From Macrostomum hystrix (lineage: Eukaryota; Animalia; Platyhelminthes), in contig CATNEN010000001.1 in NCBI GenBank assembly GCA_950097015.1, forward strand, positions 5,146,001 through 5,210,000: a DNA stretch of 64,000 bases, given 5' to 3'. The translations under genes were made by a program, and so were the position numbers. The first letter of the stretch is position 1. Each line of letters begins with the position of its first letter. Below, piece by piece: positions 1 through 15,000 of this stretch. The notes under the pieces are model-generated. The model made no database searches, was not told where the DNA came from, and saw nothing but the letters and a program-made list of their open reading frames with translations.

Positions 1-3000
1 TCCCCAGTTGGTCGGCAATAGTCAATGATCCCAGATCCCCAGTTGGTCGGCAATGGTCAATGATCCCAGATCCCCAGTTCGTCAGCAATGGTCAATGATC
101 CCAGATCCCCAGTTGGTCAGCAATGGTCCATGATCCCAGATCCTCTGTTGGTCAGCAATAGTCAATGATCCCAGATCCCCAGTTGGTCAGCAATGGTCAA
201 TGATCCCAGATCCTCAGTTGGTCAGCAATGGTCCATGATCCCAGATCCCCAGTTGGTGAGCAATAGTGTTCGATCACAGATCCTCAATAGTTCAATAACT
301 CATAACGAATTAGTTTTTATGCACTCACCAAAAGATGGTGTTGTATAGAAGCTATTGGTTGAGCAGGAACCCATAACAATCTAAAATGAAAAATAAAATT
401 ATTAGAGATACACTGCACAAATATGAAAAGGTTTAGCATAATTAAACAAATGTCTAGAATTTATAAACTTCAGACGACGCGCATGATTTCGTAATCAGTA
501 GCCAAGAGGAGATTAATCCCCACTAGGGCTTTAGAGAGATTCCCAAATGTTATCATCATTGTTTTATAATTCACTTTACATAAAAGCAATCGTCAATGAT
601 CCCAGATCCTCAGTTGGTCAGCAATGGTCAATGATCCCAGATCCCCAGTTGGTCAGCAATGGTCCATGATCCCAAATCCTCTGTTGGTCAGCAATAGTCA
701 ATGATCCCAGATCCCCAGTTGGTCAGCAATGGTCAATAATCCTAGATCCCCAGTTGGTCAGCAATGGTCCATGATCCCAGATCCTCAGTTGGTCATCAAT
801 AGTCAATGATCCCAGATCCCCAGTTCGTCGGCAATAGTCAATGATCCCAGATCCCCAGTTAGTCAGCAATGGTCAATGATTCCAGATCCCCAGTTGGTCG
901 GCAATAGTCAATGATCCCAGATCCCCAGTTGGTCAGCAATGGTCCATGATGCCAGATCCCCAGTTGGTCAGCAATGGTCAATGATCCCAGATCCCCAGTT
1001 GGTCGGCAATAGTCAATGATCCCAGATCCCCAGTTGGTCAGCAATGGTCCATGATCCCAGATCCTCTGTTGGTCAGCAATAGTCAATGATCCCAGATCCC
1101 CAGTTGGTCAGCAATGGTCAATGATCCCAGATCCCCAGTTGGTCAGCAATGGTCAATGATCCCAGATCCTCAGTTGGTCAGCAATGGTCAATGATCCCAG
1201 ATCCCCAGTTGGTCAGCAATAGTCAATGATCCCAGATCCTCAGTTGGTCAGCAATGGTGTTCGATCACAGATCCTCAATAGTTCAATAACTCATAACGAA
1301 TTAGTTTTTATGCACTCACCAAAAGATGGTGTTGTATAGAAGCTATTGGTTGAGCAGGAACCCATAACAATCTAAAATGAAAAATAAAATTATTAGAGAT
1401 ACACTGCACAAATATGAAAAGGTTTAGCATAATTAAACAAATGTCTAGAATTTATAAACTTCAGACGACGCGCATGATTTCGTAATCAGTAGCCAAGAGG
1501 AGATTAATCCCCACTAGGGCTTTAGAGAGATTCCCAAATGTTATTATCATTGTTTTATAATTCACTTTACATAAAAGCAATCGTCAATGATCCCAGATCC
1601 TCAGTTGGTCAGCAATGGTCAATGATTCCAGATCCCCAGTTGGTCGGCAATAGTCAATGATCCCAGATCCCCAGTTGGTCAGCAATGGTCCATGATGCCA
1701 GATCCCCAGTTGGTCAGCAATGGTCAATGATCCCAGATCCCCAGTTGGTCGGCAATAGTCAATGATCCCAGATCCCCAGTTGGTCAGCAATGGTCCATGA
1801 TCCCAGATCCTCTGTTGGTCAGCAATAGTCAATGATCCCAGATCCCCAGTTGGTCAGCAATGGTCAATGATCCCAGATCCCCAGTTGGTCAGCAATGGTC
1901 AATGATCCCAGATCCTCAGTTGGTCAGCAATGGTCAATGATTCCAGATCCCCAGTTGGTCGGCAATAGTCAATGATCCCAGATCCCCAGTTGGTCAGCAA
2001 TGGTCCATGATGCCAGATCCCCAGTTGGTCAGCAATGGTCCATGATCCCAGATCCTCAGTTGGTCATCAATAGTCAATGATCCCAGATCCCCAGTTCGTC
2101 GGCAATAGTCAATGATCCCAGATCCCCAGTTAGTCAGCAATGGTCAATGATTCCAGATCCCCAGTTGGTCGGCAATAGTCAATGATCCCAGATCCCCAGT
2201 TGGTCAGCAATGGTCCATGATGCCAGATCCCCAGTTGGTCAGCAATGGTCAATGATCCCAGATCCCCAGTTGGTCGGCAATAGTCAATGATCCCAGATCC
2301 CCAGTTGGTCAGCAATGGTCCATGATCCCAGATCCTCTGTTGGTCAGCAATAGTCAATGATCCCAGATCCCCAGTTGGTCAGCAATGGTCAATGATCCCA
2401 GATCCCCAGTTGGTCAGCAATGGTCAATGATCCCAGATCCTCAGTTGGTCAGCAATGGTCAATGATCCCAGATCCCCAGTTGGTCAGCAATAGTCAATGA
2501 TCCCAGATCCTCAGTTGGTCAGCAATGGTGTTCGATCACAGATCCTCAATAGTTCAATAACTCATAACGAATTAGTTTTTATGCACTCACCAAAAGATGG
2601 TGTTGTATAGAAGCTATTGGTTGAGCAGGAACCCATAACAATCTAAAATGAAAAATAAAATTATTAGAGATACACTGCACAAATATGAAAAGGTTTAGCA
2701 TAATTAAACAAATGTCTAGAATTTATAAACTTCAGACGACGCGCATGATTTCGTAATCAGTAGCCAAGAGGAGATTAATCCCCACTAGGGCTTTAGAGAG
2801 ATTCCCAAATGTTATTATCATTGTTTTATAATTCACTTTACATAAAAGCAATCGTCAATGATCCCAGATCCTCAGTTGGTCAGCAATGGTCAATGATTCC
2901 AGATCCCCAGTTGGTCGGCAATAGTCAATGATCCCAGATCCCCAGTTGGTCAGCAATGGTCCATGATGCCAGATCCCCAGTTGGTCAGCAATGGTCAATG

Positions 3001-6000
3001 ATCCCAGATCCCCAGTTGGTCGGCAATAGTCAATGATCCCAGATCCCCAGTTGGTCAGCAATGGTCCATGATCCCAGATCCTCTGTTGGTCAGCAATAGT
3101 CAATGATCCCAGATCCCCAGTTGGTCAGCAATGGTCAATGATCCCAGATCCCCAGTTGGTCAGCAATGGTCAATGATCCCAGATCCTCAGTTGGTCAGCA
3201 ATGGTCAATGATTCCAGATCCCCAGTTGGTCGGCAATAGTCAATGATCCCAGATCCCCAGTTGGTCAGCAATGGTCCATGATGCCAGATCCCCAGTTGGT
3301 CAGCAATGGTCAATGATCCCAGATCCCCAGTTGGTCGGCAATAGTCAATGATCCCAGATCCCCAGTTGGTCAGCAATGGTCCATGATCCCAGATCCTCTG
3401 TTGGTCAGCAATAGTCAATGATCCCAGATCCCCAGTTCGTCGGCAATAGTCAATGATGCCAGATCCCCAGTTAGTCAGCAATGGTCAATGATTCCAGATC
3501 CCCAGTTGGTCGGCAATAGTCAATGATCCCAGATCCCCAGTTGGTCAGCAATGGTCCATGATGCCAGATCCCCAGTTGGTCAGCAATGGTCAATGATCCC
3601 AGATCCCCAGTTGGTCGGCAATAGTCAATGATCCCAGATCCCCAGTTGGTCAGCAATGGTCCATGATCCCAGATCCTCTGTTGGTCAGCAATAGTCAATG
3701 ATCCCAGATCCCCAGTTGGTCAGCAATGGTCAATGATCCCAGATCCTCTGTTGGTCAGCAATAGTCAATGATCCCAGATCCCCAGTTGGTCAGCAATGGT
3801 CAATGATCCCAGATCCCCAGTTGGTGAGCAATAGTGTTCGATCACAGATCCTCAATAGTTCAATAACTCATAACGAATTAGTTTTTATGCACTCACCAAA
3901 AGATGGTGTTGTATAGAAGCTATTAGTTGAGCAGGAACCCATAACAATCTAAAATGAAAAATAAAATTATTAGAGATACACTGCACAAATATGAAAAGGT
4001 ATAGCATAATTAAACAAATGTCTAGAATTTATAAACTTCAGACGACGCGCATGATTTCGTAATCAGTAGCCAAGAGGAGATTAATCCCCACTAGGGCTTT
4101 AGAGAGATTCCCAAATGTTATCATCATTGTTTTATAATTCACTTTACATAAAAGCAATCGTCAATGATCCCAGATCCTCAGTTGGTCAGCAATGGTCAAT
4201 GATCCCAGATCCCCAGTTGGTCAGCAATGGTCCATGATCCCAAATCCTCTGTTGGTCAGCAATAGTCAATGATCCCAGATCCCCAGTTGGTCAGCAATGG
4301 TCCATGATCCCAGATCCTCAGTTGGTCATCAATAGTCAATGATCCCAGATCCCCAGTTCGTCGGCAATAGTCAATGATCCCAGATCCCCAGTTAGTCAGC
4401 AATGGTCAATGATTCCAGATCCCCAGTTGGTCAGCAATGGTCCATGATGCCAGATCCCCAGTTGGTCAGCAATGGTCAATGATCCCAGATCCCCAGTTGG
4501 TCGGCAATAGTCAATGATCCCAGATCCCCAGTTGGTCAGCAATGGTCCATGATCCCAGATCCTCTGTTGGTCAGCAATAGTCAATGATCCCAGATCCCCA
4601 GTTGGTCAGCAATGGTCAATGATCCCAGATCCCCAGTTGGTCAGCAATGGTCAATGATCCCAGATCCCCAGTTGGTCAGCAATGGTCCATGATGCCAGAT
4701 CCCCAGTTGGTCAGCAATGGTCCATGATGCCAGATCCTCAGTTGGTCAGCAATAGTCAATGATCCCAGATCCCCAGTTGGTCAGCAATGGTCAATGATCC
4801 CAGATCCCCAGTTGGTCAGCAATGGTCAATGATCCCAGATCCTCAGTTGGTCAGCAATGGTCAATGATCCCAGATCCCCAGTTGGTGAGCAATAGTGTTC
4901 GATCACAGATCCTCAATAGTTCAATAACTCATAACGAATTAGTTTTTATGCACTCACCAAAAGATGGTGTTGTATAGAAGCTATTGGTTGAGCAGGAACC
5001 CATAACAATCTAAAATGAAAAATAAAATTATTAGAGATACACTGCACAAATATGAAAAGGTTTAGCATAATTAAACAAATGTCTAGAATTTATAAACTTC
5101 AGACGACGCGCATGATTTCGTAATCAGTAGCCAAGAGGAGATTAATCCCCACTAGGGCTTTAGAGAGATTCCCAAATGTTATCATCATTGTTTTATAATT
5201 CACTTTACATAAAAGCAATCGTCAATGATCCCAGATCCTCAGTTGGTCAGCAATGGTCAATGATCCCAGATCCCCAGTTGGTCAGCAATGGTCCATGATC
5301 CCAAATCCTCTGTTGGTCAGCAATAGTCAATGATCCCAGATCCCCAGTTGGTCAGCAATGGTCCATGATCCCAGATCCTCAGTTGGTCATCAATAGTCAA
5401 TGATCCCAGATCCCCAGTTCGTCGGCAATAGTCAATGATCCCAGATCCCCAGTTAGTCAGCAATGGTCAATGATTCCAGATCCCCAGTTGGTCGCCAATA
5501 GTCAATGATCCCAGATCCCCAGTTGGTCAGCAATGGTCCATGATGCCAGATCCCCAGTTGGTCAGCAATGGTCAATGATCCCAGATCCCCAGTTGGTCGG
5601 CAATAGTCAATGATCCCAGATCCCCAGTTGGTCAGCAATGGTCCATGATCCCAGATCCTCTGTTGGTCAGCAATAGTCAATGATCCCAGATCCCCAGTTG
5701 GTCAGCAATGGTCAATGATCCCAGATCCCCAGTTGGTCAGCAATGGTCAATGATCCCAGATCCCCAGTTGGTCAGCAATGGTCCATGATGCCAGATCCCC
5801 AGTTGGTCAGCAATGGTCCATGATGCCAGATCCTCAGTTGGTCAGCAATAGTCAATGATCCCAGATCCCCAGTTGGTCAGCAATGGTCAATGATCCCAGA
5901 TCCCCAGTTGGTCAGCAATGGTCAATGATCCCAGATCCTCAGTTGGTCAGCAATGGTCAATGATCCCAGATCCCCAGTTGGTGAGCAATAGTGTTCGATC

Positions 6001-9000
6001 ACAGATCCTCAATAGTTCAATAACTCATAACGAATTAGTTTTTATGCACTCACCAAAAGATGGTGTTGTATAGAAGCTATTGGTTGAGCAGGAACCCATA
6101 ACAATCTAAAATGAAAAATAAAATTATTAGAGATACACTGCACAAATATGAAAAGGTTTAGCATAATTAAACAAATGTCTAGAATTTATAAACTTCAGAC
6201 GACGCGCATGATTTCGTAATCAGTAGCCAAGAGGAGATTAATCCCCACTAGGGCTTTAGAGAGATTCCCAAATGTTATCATCATTGTTTTATAATTCACT
6301 TTACATAAAAGCAATCGTCAATGATCCCAGATCCCCAGTTGGTCGGCAATAGTCAATGATCCCAGATCCCCAGTTGGTCAGCAATGGTCAATGATCCCAG
6401 ATCCCCAGTTGGTCGGCAATAGTCAATGATCCCAGATCCCCAGTTGGTCAGCAATGGTCCATGATCCCAGATCCTCTGTTGGTCAGCAATAGTCAATGAT
6501 CCCAGATCCCCAGTTCGTCGGCAATAGTCAATGATTCCAGATCCCCAGTTGGTCAGCAATAGTCAATGATGCCAGATCCCCAGTTAGTCAGCAATGGTCA
6601 ATGATTCCAGATCCCCAGTTGGTCGGCAATAGTCAATGATCCCAGATCCCCAGTTGGTCAGCAATGGTCCATGATCCCAGATCCTCTGTTGGTCAGCAAT
6701 AGTCAATGATCCCAGATCCCCAGTTCGTCGGCAATAGTCAATGATTCCAGATCCCCAGTTAGTCAGCAATAGTCAATGATGCCAGATCCCCAGTTAGTCA
6801 GCAATGGTCAATGATTCCAGATCCCCAGTTGGTCGGCAATAGTCAATGATCCCAGATCCCCAGTTGGTCAGCAATGGTCCATGATGCCAGATCCCCAGTT
6901 GGTCAGCAATGGTCAATGATCCCAGATCCCCAGTTGGTCGGCAATAGTCAATGATCCCAGATCCCCAGTTGGTCAGCAATGGTCAATGATCCCAGATCCC
7001 CAGTTGGTCGGCAATAGTCAATGATTCCAGATCCCCAGTTGGTCGGCAATAGTCAATGTTCCCAGATCCCCAGTTGGTCAGCAATGGTCCATGATGCCAG
7101 ATCCCCAGTTGGTCAGCAATGGTCAATGATCCCAGATCCCCAGTTGGTCGGCAATAGTCAATGATCCCAGATCCTCAGTTGGTCAGCAATGGTCCATGAT
7201 TCCAGATCCCCAGTTGGTCGGCAATAGTCAATGATTCCAGATCCCCAGTTGGTCGGCAATAGTCAATGATCCCAGATCCCCAGTTGGTCAGCAATGGTCC
7301 ATGATGCCAGATCCCCAGTTGGTCAGCAATGGTCAATGATCCCAGATCCCCAGTTGGTCGGCAATAGTCAATGATCCCAGATCCCCAGTTGGTCAGCAAT
7401 GGTCCATGATCCCAGATCCTCTGTTGGTCAGCAATAGTCAATGATCCCAGATCCCCAGTTGGTCAGCAATGGTCAATGATCCCAGATCCCCAGTTGGTCA
7501 GCAATAGTGTTCGATCACAGATCCTCAATAGTTCAATAACTCATAACGAATTAGTTTTTATGCACTCACCAAAAGATGGTGTTGTATAGAAGCTATTGGT
7601 TGAGCAGGAACCCATAACAATCTAAAATGAAAAATAAAATTATTAGAGATACACTGCACAAATATGAAAAGGTTTAGCATAATTAAACAAATGTCTAGAA
7701 TTTATAAACTTCAGACGACGCGCATGATTTCGTAATCAGTAGCCAAGAGGAGATTAATCCCCACTAGGGCTTTAGTGAGATTCCCAAATGTTATCATCAT
7801 TGTTTTATAATTCACTTTACATAAAAGCAATCGTCAATGATCCCAGATCCTCAGTTGGTCAGCAATGGTCAATGATCCCAGATCCCCAGTTGGTCAGCAA
7901 TGGTCCATGATCCCAGATCCTCTGTTGGTCAGCAATAGTCAATGATCCCAGATCCCCAGTTGGTCAGCAATGGTCAATAATCCTAGATCCCCAGTTGGTC
8001 AGCAATGGTCCATGATCCCAGATCCTCAGTTGGTCATCAATAGTCAATGATCCCAGATCCCCAGTTAGTCAGCAATGGTCAATGATTCCAGATCCCCAGT
8101 TGGTCGGCAATAGTCAATGATCCCAGATCCCCAGTTGGTCAGCAATGGTCCATGATGCCAGATCCCCAGTTGGTCAGCAATAGTCAATGATCCCAGATCC
8201 CCAGTTGGTCGGCAATAGTAAATGATCCCAGATCCCCAGTTGGTCGGCAATGGTCAATGATCCCAGATCCCCAGTTCGTCAGCAATGGTCAATGATCCCA
8301 GATCCCCAGTTGGTCAGCAATGGTCAATGATCCCAGATCCTCTGTTGGTCAGCAATAGTCAATGATCCCAGATCCCCAGTTGGTCAGCAATGGTCAATGA
8401 TCCCAGATCCCCAGTTGGTCAGCAATGGTGTTCGATCACAGATCCTCAATAGTTCAATAACTCATAACGAATTAGTTTTTATGCACTCACCAAAAGATGG
8501 TGTTGTATAGAAGCTATTAGTTGAGCAGGAACCCATAACAATCTAAAATGAAAAATAAAATTATTAGAGATACACTGCACAAATATGAAAAGGTTTAGCA
8601 TAATTAAACAAATGTCTAGAATTTATAAACTTCAGACGACGCGCATGATTTCGCAATCAGTAGCCAAGAGGAGATTAATCCCCACTAGGGCTTTAGAGAG
8701 ATTCCCAAATGTTATCATCATTGTTTTATAATTCACTTTACATAAAAGCAATCGTCAATGATCCCAGATCCTCAGTTGGTCAGCAATGGTCAATGATCCC
8801 AGATCCCCAGTTGGTCAGCAATGGTCCATGATCCCAAATCCTCTGTTGGTCAGCAATAGTCAATGATCCCAGATCCCCAGTTGGTCAGCAATGGTCAATA
8901 ATCCTAGATCCCCAGTTGGTCAGCAATGGTCCATGATCCCAGATCCTCAGTTGGTCATCAATAGTCAATGATCCCAGATCCCCAGTTCGTCGGCAATAGT

Positions 9001-12000
9001 CAATGATCCCAGATCCCCAGTTAGTCAGCAATGGTCAATGATTCCAGATCCCCAGTTGGTCGGCAATAGTCAATGATCCCAGATCCCCAGTTGGTCAGCA
9101 ATGGTCCATGATGCCAGATCCCCAGTTGGTCAGCAATGGTCAATGATCCCAGATCCCCAGTTGGTCGGCAATAGTCAATGATCCCAGATCCCCAGTTGGT
9201 CAGCAATGGTCCATGATCCCAGATCCTCTGTTGGTCAGCAATAGTCAATGATCCCAGATCCCCAGTTGGTCAGCAATGGTCAATAATCCTAGATCCCCAG
9301 TTGGTCAGCAATGGTCCATGATCCCAGATCCTCAGTTGGTCATCAATAGTCAATGATCCCAGATCCCCAGTTGGTCGGCAATAGTCAATGATCCCAGATC
9401 CCCAGTTGGTCGGCAATAGTCAATGATCCCAGATCCCCAGTTGGTCAGCAATGGTCCATGATGCCAGATCCCCAGTTGGTCAGCAATGGTCCATGATCCC
9501 AAATCCTCTGTTGGTCAGCAATAGTCAATGATCCCAGATCCCCAGTTGGTCAGCAATGGTCAATAATCCTAGATCCCCAGTTGGTCAGCAATGGTCCATG
9601 ATCCCAGATCCTCAGTTGGTCATCAATAGTCAATGATCCCAGATCCCCAGTTCGTCGGCAATAGTCAATGATCCCAGATCCCCAGTTAGTCAGCAATGGT
9701 CAATGATTCCAGATCCCCAGTTGGTCGGCAATAGTCAATGATCCCAGATCCCCAGTTGGTCAGCAATGGTCCATGATGCCAGATCCCCAGTTGGTCAGCA
9801 ATGGTCAATGATCCCAGATCCCCAGTTGGTCGGCAATAGTCAATGATCCCAGATCCCCAGTTGGTCAGCAATGGTCCATGATCCCAGATCCTCTGTTGGT
9901 CAGCAATAGTCAATGATCCCAGATCCCCAGTTGGTCAGCAATGGTCAATGATCCCAGATCCCCAGTTGGTCAGCAATGGTCAATGATCCCAGATCCTCAG
10001 TTGGTCAGCAATGGTCAATGATCCCAGATCCCCAGTTGGTGAGCAATAGTGTTCGATCACAGATCCTCAATAGTTCAATAACTCATAACGAATTAGTTTT
10101 TATGCACTCACCAAAAGATGGTGTTGTATAGAAGCTATTGGTTGAGCAGGAACCCATAACAATCTAAAATGAAAAATAAAATTATTAGAGATACACTGCA
10201 CAAATATGAAAAGGTTTAGCATAATTAAACAAATGTCTAGAATTTATAAACTTCAGACGACGCGCATGATTTCGTAATCAGTAGCCAAGAGGAGATTAAT
10301 CCCCACTAGGGCTTTAGAGAGATTCCCAAATGTTATCATCATTGTTTTATAATTCACTTTACATAAAAGCAATCGTCAATGATCCCAGATCCTCAGTTGG
10401 TCAGCAATGGTCAATGATCCCAGATCCCCAGTTGGTCAGCAATGGTCAATAATCCTAGATCCCCAGTTGGTCAGCAATGGTCCATGATCCCAGATCCTCA
10501 GTTGGTCATCAATAGTCAATGATCCCAGATCCCCAGTTCGTCGGCAATAGTCAATGATCCCAGATCCCCAGTTAGTCAGCAATGGTCAATGATTCCAGAT
10601 CCCCAGTTGGTCGGCAATAGTCAATGATCCCAGATCCCCAGTTGGTCAGCAATGGTCCATGATGCCAGATCCCCAGTTGGTCAGCAATAGTCAATGATCC
10701 CAGATCCCCAGTTGGTCGGCAATAGTCAATGATCCCAGATCCCCAGTTGGTCGGCAATGGTCAATGATCCCAGATCCCCAGTTCGTCAGCAATGGTCAAT
10801 GATCCCAGATCCCCAGTTGGTCAGCAATGGTCAATGATCCCAGATCCTCTGTTGGTCAGCAATAGTCAATGATCCCAGATCCCCAGTTGGTCAGCAATGG
10901 TCAATGATCCCAGATCCCCAGTTGGTCAGCAATGGTGTTCGATCACAGATCCTCAATAGTTCAATAACTCATAACGAATTAGTTTTTATGCACTCACCAA
11001 AAGATGGTGTTGTATAGAAGCTATTAGTTGAGCAGGAACCCATAACAATCTAAAATGAAAAATAAAATTATTAGAGATACACTGCACAAATATGAAAAGG
11101 TTTAGCATAATTAAACAAATGTCTAGAATTTATAAACTTCAGACGACGCGCATGATTTCGTAATCAGTAGCCAAGAGGAGATTAATCCCCACTAGGGCTT
11201 TAGAGAGATTCCCAAATGTTATCATCATTGTTTTATAATTCACTTTACATAAAAGCAATCGTCAATGATCCCAGATCCTCAGTTGGTCAGCAATGGTCAA
11301 TGATCCCAGATCCCCAGTTGGTCAGCAATGGTCCATGATCCCAAATCCTCTGTTGGTCAGCAATAGTCAATGATCCCAGATCCCCAGTTGGTCAGCAATG
11401 GTCAATAATCCTAGATCCCCAGTTGGTCAGCAATGGTCCATGATCCCAGATCCTCAGTTGGTCATCAATAGTCAATGATCCCAGATCCCCAGTTCGTCGG
11501 CAATAGTCAATGATCCCAGATCCCCAGTTAGTCAGCAATGGTCAATGATTCCAGATCCCCAGTTGGTCGGCAATAGTCAATGATCCCAGATCCCCAGTTG
11601 GTCAGCAATGGTCCATGATGCCAGATCCCCAGTTGGTCAGCAATGGTCAATGATCCCAGATCCCCAGTTGGTCGGCAATAGTCAATGATCCCAGATCCCC
11701 AGTTGGTCAGCAATGGTCCATGATCCCAGATCCTCTGTTGGTCAGCAATAGTCAATGATCCCAGATCCCCAGTTGGTCAGCAATGGTCAATAATCCTAGA
11801 TCCCCAGTTGGTCAGCAATGGTCCATGATCCCAGATCCTCAGTTGGTCATCAATAGTCAATGATCCCAGATCCCCAGTTGGTCGGCAATAGTCAATGATC
11901 CCAGATCCCCAGTTGGTCGGCAATAGTCAATGATCCCAGATCCCCAGTTGGTCAGCAATGGTCCATGATGCCAGATCCCCAGTTGGTCAGCAATGGTCCA

Positions 12001-15000
12001 TGATCCCAAATCCTCTGTTGGTCAGCAATAGTCAATGATCCCAGATCCCCAGTTGGTCAGCAATGGTCAATAATCCTAGATCCCCAGTTGGTCAGCAATG
12101 GTCCATGATCCCAGATCCTCAGTTGGTCATCAATAGTCAATGATCCCAGATCCCCAGTTCGTCGGCAATAGTCAATGATCCCAGATCCCCAGTTAGTCAG
12201 CAATGGTCAATGATTCCAGATCCCCAGTTGGTCGGCAATAGTCAATGATCCCAGATCCCCAGTTGGTCAGCAATGGTCCATGATGCCAGATCCCCAGTTG
12301 GTCAGCAATGGTCAATGATCCCAGATCCCCAGTTGGTCGGCAATAGTCAATGATCCCAGATCCCCAGTTGGTCAGCAATGGTCCATGATCCCAGATCCTC
12401 TGTTGGTCAGCAATAGTCAATGATCCCAGATCCCCAGTTGGTCAGCAATGGTCAATGATCCCAGATCCCCAGTTGGTCAGCAATGGTCAATGATCCCAGA
12501 TCCTCAGTTGGTCAGCAATGGTCAATGATCCCAGATCCCCAGTTGGTGAGCAATAGTGTTCGATCACAGATCCTCAATAGTTCAATAACTCATAACGAAT
12601 TAGTTTTTATGCACTCACCAAAAGATGGTGTTGTATAGAAGCTATTGGTTGAGCAGGAACCCATAACAATCTAAAATGAAAAATAAAATTATTAGAGATA
12701 CACTGCACAAATATGAAAAGGTTTAGCATAATTAAACAAATGTCTAGAATTTATAAACTTCAGACGACGCGCATGATTTCGTAATCAGTAGCCAAGAGGA
12801 GATTAATCCCCACTAGGGCTTTAGAGAGATTCCCAAATGTTATCATCATTGTTTTATAATTCACTTTACATAAAAGCAATCGTCAATGATCCCAGATCCT
12901 CAGTTGGTCAGCAATGGTCAATGATCCCAGATCCCCAGTTGGTCAGCAATGGTCAATAATCCTAGATCCCCAGTTGGTCAGCAATGGTCCATGATCCCAG
13001 ATCCTCAGTTGGTCATCAATAGTCAATGATCCCAGATCCCCAGTTAGTCAGCAATGGTCAATGATTCCAGATCCCCAGTTGGTCGGCAATAGTCAATGAT
13101 CCCAGATCCCCAGTTGGTCAGCAATGGTCCATGATGCCAGATCCCCAGTTGGTCAGCAATGGTCAATGATCCCAGATCCCCAGTTCGTCGGCAATAGTCA
13201 ATGATCCCAGATCCCCAGTTAGTCAGCAATGGTCAATGATTCCAGATCCCCAGTTGGTCGGCAATAGTCAATGATCCCAGATCCCCAGTTGGTCAGCAAT
13301 GGTCCATGATGCCAGATCCCCAGTTGGTCAGCAATGGTCAATGATCCCAGATCCCCAGTTGGTCGGCAATAGTCAATGATCCCAGATCCCCAGTTGGTCA
13401 GCAATGGTCAATGATCCCAGATCCTCTGTTGGTCAGCAATAGTCAATGATCCCAGATCCCCAGTTGGTCAGCAATGGTCAATGATCCCAGATCCCCAGTT
13501 GGTCAGCAATGGTGTTCGATCACAGATCCTCAATAGTTCAATAACTCATAACGAATTAGTTTTTATGCACTCACCAAAAGATGGTGTTGTATAGAAGCTA
13601 TTGGTTGAGCAGGAACCCATAACAATCTAAAATGAAAAATATAATTATTAGAGATACACTGCACAAATATGAAAAGGTTTAGCATAATTAAACAAATGTC
13701 TAGAATTTATAAACTTCAGACGACGCGCATGATTTCGTAATCAGTAGCCAAGAGGAGATTAATCCCCACTAGGGCTTTAGAGAGATTCCCAAATGTTATC
13801 ATCATTGTTTTATAATTCACTTTACATAAAAGCAATCGTCAATGATCCCAGATCCTCAGTTGGTCAGCAATGGTCAATAATCCTAGATCCCCAGTTGGTC
13901 AGCAATGGTCCATGATCCCAGATCCTCAGTTGGTCATCAATAGTCAATGATCCCAGATCCCCAGTTCGTCGGCAATAGTCAATGATCCCAGATCCCCAGT
14001 TAGTCAGCAATGGTCAATGATTCCAGATCCCCAGTTGGTCGGCAATAGTCAATGATCCCAGATCCCCAGTTGGTCAGCAATGGTCCATGATGCCAGATCC
14101 CCAGTTGGTCAGCAATGGTCAATGATCCCAGATCCCCAGTTGGTCGGCAATAGTCAATGATCCCAGATCCCCAGTTGGTCAGCAATGGTCCATGATCCCA
14201 GATCCTCTGTTGGTCAGCAATAGTCAATGATCCCAGATCCCCAGTTGGTCAGCAATGGTCAATGATCCCAGATCCTCAGTTGGTCAGCAATGGTCAATGA
14301 TCCCAGATCCCCAGTTGGTCAGCAATAGTCAATGATCCCAGATCCCCAGTTGGTCAGCAATAGTCAATGATCCCAGATCCCCAGTTGGTCAGCAATGGTC
14401 AATGATCCCAGATCCTCAGTTGGTCAGCAATGGTCAATGATCCCAGATCCTCAGTTGGTCAGCAATGGTCCATGATCCCAGATCCCCAGTTGGTCAGCAA
14501 TAGTGTTCGATCACAGATCCTCAATAGTTCAATAACTCATAACGAATTAGTTTTTATGCACTCACCAAAAGATGGTGTTGTATAGAAGCTATTGGTTGAG
14601 CAGGAACCCATAACAATCTAAAATGAAAAATAAAATTATTAGAGATACACTGCACAAATATGAAAAGGTTTAGCATAATTAAACAAATGTCTAGAATTTA
14701 TAAACTTCAGACGACGCGCATGATTTCGTAATCAGTAGCCAAGAGGAGATTAATCCCCACTAGGGCTTTAGAGAGATTCCCAAATGTTATCATCATTGTT
14801 TTATAATTCACTTTACATAAAAGCAATCGTCAATGATCCCAGATCCTCAGTTGGTCAGCAATGGTCAATGATCCCAGATCCCCAGTTGGTCAGCAATGGT
14901 CCATGATCCCAGATCCTCTGTTGGTCAGCAATAGTCAATGATCCCAGATCCCCAGTTGGTCAGCAATGGTCAATAATCCTAGATCCCCAGTTGGTCAGCA